Of a DNA stretch of 64,000 nt, positions 59,531-64,000 are shown piece after piece. A program made the position numbers and the translations under genes. Under the pieces are notes generated by a model, which was not told the origin of the DNA, ran no database searches, and worked only from the letters and a program-made list of their open reading frames with translations. How positions within the stretch are numbered: position 1 is the stretch's first letter; each line of letters opens with the position of its first letter. The DNA is from Rhodospirillales bacterium (GTDB lineage: Bacteria; Pseudomonadota; Alphaproteobacteria; Rhodospirillales; Casp-alpha2): positions 277-64,276 of the forward strand of contig JAYOFM010000004.1 in the NCBI GenBank assembly GCA_038117225.1, written 5' to 3'.

Positions 59531-60769
59531 TTACTCCGCGGGCACTGGCTCAGCAACGGTGGCCCGTTCCGGCGGCAGCATCAGGATCGCCGCGACGGCC
59601 ACGGCACCAACGACCGTCAACGTCACATATAGCCAGTAGAAGCCGCCCGTCGCGTCATAGATGCCGCCTTCGAGCAGGATGCCAAGATTGGCGATACCAA
59701 TGGCGACGACGAACTTCAGGCCATAGACCAGGGCACGCCGGTGCGGCGGCGTATAGCGCGCAATCAGTACGTTTTCCGCCGGCAATGACGAGGCGTTCAG
59801 GCTCAGCATGACGATGGCGACCATGACCAACGGCGAACCGGAAACCATGCCGGCGAGGAACAGCACCGGCAGCTGCAGCACGTAGGTGTATAGGTACACC
59901 CGCCGCGCCGGAAAATAATCGGCAAGCCTGCCGCCGACCAACTGCATCAGGCCGGAAATCGTATAGACCAGCGCCACCAGCGCCGATACACCGAGCACGC
60001 CGCCGCCGTCGGTAAAATCCAACGCGAACGCCTTGGGCAGTGCCGGCTGCACGGCTGAATAGATTATGCCCGAGCAGGACATCGTGAACGCCAGCACAAG
60101 ATAAACCCGGATGGTATCGGCGCGCGTCGCCGGTGGCGGTGGCGGTTTCATATCGATCTTGTTCTCGACCACCCAGCGCCGCCATAGACAGAATGCGAAG
60201 ACGGCGCCCGTGGCGGCAACAACCACACCGGGCAGTACGAACGCGGCGCGCCAACCGACGGAATCGATGATCGCGCCCGTCATCAGCGCCGCCACCGCCG
60301 GACCTAACCCGCCGAAGATGCCATTGACGCCGAGCGCCGTGCCCGTATTCACCGACGAGCGCACCACCCAGGCGATGCCGACGGGATGGTAAATCGATGC
60401 GAACAGCCCGACGACAGTCAACGCCGCACCGATTTCGAACGGGGTCTCGGCCAGCCCGGTCAGCACCATAGCGGCGCCGGTGCCGAAGAAATAGACCGTC
60501 ATCATGCCGGTCGCCGACCAGCGATCGCCAAGCCATCCGGCAAGCGGCGCCGCCACCCCGTAAAGCACCGAGCCAACAAAGATCAAGGCCACTGCCTGTC
60601 CGTGACTCAATGCCATGTCTTGCTCAAGCGACAACACGACGATGAAGAAAATAGGCTGAAACAGATGCGCGTAGGTATGACCGACGCAGGCGAAACCAAG
60701 CGCAAGGCGAGGCGACGGATTCGCGGCAACCGTATTGCCACCGTGATCCATGGGAGCGTCGATGGTCAT
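59531..60769 (-). CDS. MFS transporter
   Basis: 12-TM-like profile. ATG 60769 chosen, 4 nt after the hutF-like stop; the track ORF begins at 60862 inside the upstream gene. Confidence 0.8.
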   Translation of the reverse strand: MTIDAPMDHGGNTVAANPSPRLALGFACVGHTYAHLFQPIFFIVVLSLEQDMALSHGQAVALIFVGSVLYGVAAPLAGWLGDRWSATGMMTVYFFGTGAAMVLTGLAETPFEIGAALTVVGLFASIYHPVGIAWVVRSSVNTGTALGVNGIFGGLGPAVAALMTGAIIDSVGWRAAFVLPGVVVAATGAVFAFCLWRRWVVENKIDMKPPPPPATRADTIRVYLVLAFTMSCSGIIYSAVQPALPKAFALDFTDGGGVLGVSALVALVYTISGLMQLVGGRLADYFPARRVYLYTYVLQLPVLFLAGMVSGSPLVMVAIVMLSLNASSLPAENVLIARYTPPHRRALVYGLKFVVAIGIANLGILLEGGIYDATGGFYWLYVTLTVVGAVAVAAILMLPPERATVAEPVPAE

Positions 60770-60773
60770 GGCG

Positions 60774-62156
60774 TCATAGTACCCGCGCGAGGACATCCTT
60801 GAAACGTCGCGCGATGGCGTCCTCGTCGGCGTGGCGTCCGTCACGAATGACTTGGCGGCCACCGACCACCACGTCGGTCACCGTCGCCGCGTTGCCGGAG
60901 AATATCCAGGAATCGAGCAACCGATCGCCGCCGCGCGCCGCCAACAGCGGGTGATCATCGTCAATGGCGACGAGGTCCGCGCGATGCCCGGGCCGGATGG
61001 CGCCGATGGCGCGGCCCGTCGCCTGGGCGCCGCCATCAAGCGCGGCCTCGAACAATCGCCGGCCGGTCGATCCCCCTGTCGCCACCGCGGCCAGGTTTCG
61101 CCGACGGTGAATCAAGCGCTGGCCATATTCCAGCCAGCGCAATTCCTCCTGCACGCCGACGGAGATATGGCTATCGGAACCAATACCGAAACGCCCGCCG
61201 ACAGTGAGGAAGTCACGCAGGGGAAACAATCCGTCGCCCAGGTTGGCCTCGGTCGTCGGGCACAGGCCCGCGATGGCGCCGCGGTGGGCGATGGCCTCGA
61301 CCTCGCCGGCGTTGACGTGTGTCGCATGCACCAGGCACCACCGCTCGTCGATGGGCAGATGTTCCATCAACCATTCCACCTGGCGCAGACCGGTATGGGC
61401 CACGGATTCGTCGACGTCCTTTTCCTGCTCCGCCACGTGGACGTGAATCGGGGCATTCGCCTCGAGGCCATCGAGAGTGGTGATGCAAGCCAGAGTCTGA
61501 TCAGCCGGCGCGTGACGCGGGCTGTGCGGCGCCAGGCCGAGACGCATGTCGGGATGATCGGCGACGGCGCGCCCGGCGCCTTCAAGAATGCGGGACACGT
61601 GGTCGGCATTACCGAGGAAACGCCGCTGGCCGGCATTCGTTGCCGCGTTGCCATAACCGCCGGTGGCATACAGCACCGGCATCAGTGTCAGGCCGATACC
61701 GGCCGCGACCGCGGCCGCCGCGATCCGCACCGACATCTCCGCCGGATCGGCGTAGGCGCCGCCATCCCTGTCGTTATGGACGTAGTGAAATTCGGCGACG
61801 GCGGTGTAGCCGACCTTCAACATTTCCACATAAAGCTGGGCGGCGATGGCTTCCAGGTCATCCGGCGTCACCGCCTCGACGAACGCATGCATGACCTGAC
61901 GCCAGGTCCAGAAACTGTCGTCCTCGCCGGCGCCTGACGCACGGTATTCGCTCAATCCTGCCATCGCCCGTTGATGGGCGTGCGAATGCAGGTTCGGCAT
62001 GCCAGGTAGCACGGCACCGGGAAGTCTGATCGCGTCGCCGGGGAGCGCGCCCGCGTCCACCGACGTGACGGTACCGCCACTATCGACACGGATCAGCACG
62101 TCATCGGCGAAACCGACATCGGGCAGCCATGCACGGGATGAAAAGAACGCCGTCAT
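60774..62156 (-). CDS. hutF: formimidoylglutamate deiminase-like amidohydrolase (HutF / guanine-deaminase family)
   Basis: ...LPGMPNLHSHAHQRAMAGLSE...DSFWTWRQVMH...VAEFHYVH...HVAEQ...GSDS..., typical HutF-type metal-dependent hydrolase blocks. Confidence 0.75.
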   Translation of the reverse strand: MTAFFSSRAWLPDVGFADDVLIRVDSGGTVTSVDAGALPGDAIRLPGAVLPGMPNLHSHAHQRAMAGLSEYRASGAGEDDSFWTWRQVMHAFVEAVTPDDLEAIAAQLYVEMLKVGYTAVAEFHYVHNDRDGGAYADPAEMSVRIAAAAVAAGIGLTLMPVLYATGGYGNAATNAGQRRFLGNADHVSRILEGAGRAVADHPDMRLGLAPHSPRHAPADQTLACITTLDGLEANAPIHVHVAEQEKDVDESVAHTGLRQVEWLMEHLPIDERWCLVHATHVNAGEVEAIAHRGAIAGLCPTTEANLGDGLFPLRDFLTVGGRFGIGSDSHISVGVQEELRWLEYGQRLIHRRRNLAAVATGGSTGRRLFEAALDGGAQATGRAIGAIRPGHRADLVAIDDDHPLLAARGGDRLLDSWIFSGNAATVTDVVVGGRQVIRDGRHADEDAIARRFKDVLARVL

Positions 62157-62244
62157 GAAAACATTTGGGCGGTGATGGTGCGTTCTGTCAACGACGCCAC
62201 GCGTCGATCGAAATCGCGCGCCCGACGAAAACGTTTAACCGGGA

Positions 62245-62568
62245 TCAACCGTTCAGTGAAATGGTCGGCTGGAAACGTTCCATTTGCGCCATGGCGCCAT
62301 GAACGGCGGCTACCTCCGCTTCATGGCCGGAAACATTGGCGCCCTGTGCCTTCAACCATTTCAGGTCGCGTTCAATGCCATCGAGCCGCCTTGCCAGCGC
62401 TCGCATTCCCCTCAACGCTTCTTCCACGTCGCGCTTCACGTCGCCGATATAGGGTCGCACCATGGCCTCTCCCCGTGCATCGACCCGGCGCACCGCTTCG
62501 GCGGTAAACCACAAGGCGCCCAATGACGCGAAAAGCGCGAAACAGGCAAAGATGATGAACACGGTCAT
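62245..62568 (-). CDS. hypothetical membrane-anchored coiled-coil protein (107 aa)
   Basis: N-terminal TM MTVFIIFACFALFASLGALWF followed by a charged helical region. Reasonable codon bias. Confidence 0.55.
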   Translation of the reverse strand: MTVFIIFACFALFASLGALWFTAEAVRRVDARGEAMVRPYIGDVKRDVEEALRGMRALARRLDGIERDLKWLKAQGANVSGHEAEVAAVHGAMAQMERFQPTISLNG

Positions 62569-62664
62569 GGCCGACTCCGGTTAGATTGACGGGGTCTCAG
62601 GGCCATATAATCACCGATAACAGGTAAACAGTCGGTAAACGCCGCGTATACGTAGGCTTCTGTA

Positions 62665-63957
62665 TCAGGCCTCGATGACCCGGTTGCGCCCGCCTTCCTT
62701 GGCGCGGTAGAGCGCTTGGTCGGCGCGGTCCAGGGCAGCATGCACGTCTGCGTCGTCATCGCTGAGCATTGCGACTCCGATAGAGACGGTGACGGTCAAG
62801 CGCCCCCCATCGGCGGTCGGAATTTCAAGCGCCGCCAGCGCCACGCGAATACGCTCGGCGACGTCCATCGCCGTCTCAATGTTTGTTTCTGGCAGCGCCA
62901 GGGCGAACTCCTCTCCGCCGTAGCGGCCGAACTCGTCACTGTCGCGCAACTGCGCCCGTGCCGTCGCCGACAACGCCTTCAGCACATCGTCGCCTGTCTG
63001 GTGGCCATGGGTATCATTAACGTTCTTGAAGTGATCGGCGTCGAGCATCATGACGCAAAGCTCATGGCCATAGCGGCGCGAGCGCGCGACTTCCTGGTCG
63101 GCAAGTTCGATAAAGCGGCGCCGGTTCAGCGCCCCCGTCAACGCGTCCGTCGTTGCGAGGCGGCGCAGTTCCTCCTCCATCCGCTTGCGCTCGGTGATAT
63201 CCGTATAGCTGGCGTAGAAACCACCCCCGGGCATCGGTCCCTCGCGGACCTCGATGACCATACCGCCAGCGGCGGCCGCCGGCCGCGCATGATCATACAC
63301 GTGGTGTTCGCCCTCGCGGGCCCGGGCCAATCCCGCCGCCACGACCTGTTCAGCGCCGTGGTCGGGATATTCTCCAGCCGCCGCCAATCGTCGGATAAAA
63401 GACTCGTAGGTCATGCCGTCGACGGCAAACCGTGGCGGCAATTCGAACAGTTCCACGAAACGGGGATTCCAACGTTGCAATTCGAGATTGGCATCGAACA
63501 AGGCCAAACCCAAATCCAGATTTTGCACCAGGGCGTCGGTGATGGCGACTTGATGTGCTAATTGCGCGGCCAGCCGCGATCGTTCCAACACCCGCCTGAC
63601 AATGCCAGGTAACAAATCCAGAAAACCGCCGTCGACTTCCTTGACCACATAGTCCTCGGCGCCAATTTTCATCGCCTCGACGGCGGTCGCGAGGTCGCTC
63701 TGGCCCGAAACCATGACGGCGGGCGGTGCGTCCTCGGTCTCGACCAAGCGACGCAGTATGTCGAGACCATCCATTCCGGGCAGATGAAAATCGATCAGGA
63801 CGAGATCAAATCGCCCCGTGGTGGCCGCGCGCACCCCCTCCACACCATCGGTCTCCAGGGATACGACGAAACCCTGATCCCCCAGATGGCGCGCCGCCAT
63901 CTTGCCGACGAATACATCGTCCTCGATGTAGAGAATTCGGCCATATTCTTGCGACAC
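62665..63957 (-). CDS. response regulator-PAS-GGDEF diguanylate cyclase
   Basis: REC (ILYIEDD...LVLIDFHLPGMDG), a PAS-like middle, and GGDEF with an active-site GGEEF and an RDSD (RxxD) I-site five residues upstream. GTG start. Confidence 0.88.
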   Translation of the reverse strand: MSQEYGRILYIEDDVFVGKMAARHLGDQGFVVSLETDGVEGVRAATTGRFDLVLIDFHLPGMDGLDILRRLVETEDAPPAVMVSGQSDLATAVEAMKIGAEDYVVKEVDGGFLDLLPGIVRRVLERSRLAAQLAHQVAITDALVQNLDLGLALFDANLELQRWNPRFVELFELPPRFAVDGMTYESFIRRLAAAGEYPDHGAEQVVAAGLARAREGEHHVYDHARPAAAAGGMVIEVREGPMPGGGFYASYTDITERKRMEEELRRLATTDALTGALNRRRFIELADQEVARSRRYGHELCVMMLDADHFKNVNDTHGHQTGDDVLKALSATARAQLRDSDEFGRYGGEEFALALPETNIETAMDVAERIRVALAALEIPTADGGRLTVTVSIGVAMLSDDDADVHAALDRADQALYRAKEGGRNRVIEA

Positions 63958-64000
63958 AGATCCGCTTTCCCTACAGCTTGTCGACGTGATCGACGACGCG

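Noticed and set aside
63971-64000. Possible 3' end of another minus-strand gene (...RVVDHVDKL*) upstream of the REC-PAS-GGDEF gene.
   Set aside because: Only ten codons are visible, which is too short to support a call.

Overview
High-GC chromosomal segment, alphaproteobacterial by gene content (Alph_Pro_TM/TIGR02186-like, DUF2336-like, DUF1134-like and DUF502-like proteins; ParE with a basic N-terminal tail). It is densely coding and mostly housekeeping: mfd, sdhE, recG, a tkt-fba-rpe block, tRNA-His, argC, parE, glnB-glnA behind a sigma54-type promoter, rplM-rpsI, and metY. Family names are from memory of motifs only; no database search or computation was run. I found no CRISPR array, rRNA, transposase or integrase. 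The only phage-like element is an isolated terminase small-subunit-like gene. The most system-like accessory region is a co-directional minus-strand string at about 10.6-22.6 kb: AsmA-like protein, a secreted two-domain protein, two tandem DUF2927-like secreted paralogs, then a type I secretion cassette. That cassette has two different ABC exporters with non-canonical ATPase motifs, and one carries a roughly 350-aa Pro/Ala-rich N-terminal extension plus a C39-like domain. A HlyD adaptor follows. No substrate gene or outer-membrane channel is visible in the window. Smaller oddities: four universal-stress-protein genes, a receiver domain with Asn at the phospho-acceptor position, duplicated small lipoproteins, several unlisted sub-60-aa ORFs, a low-GC islet, and an SdhE with a variant RGxxE motif. 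Nothing here can be shown from sequence alone to be a new defence or toxin system. The T1SS/envelope cluster is the best candidate for something undescribed. Many long ORFs in the supplied track are antisense shadows typical of high-GC DNA and were not called.
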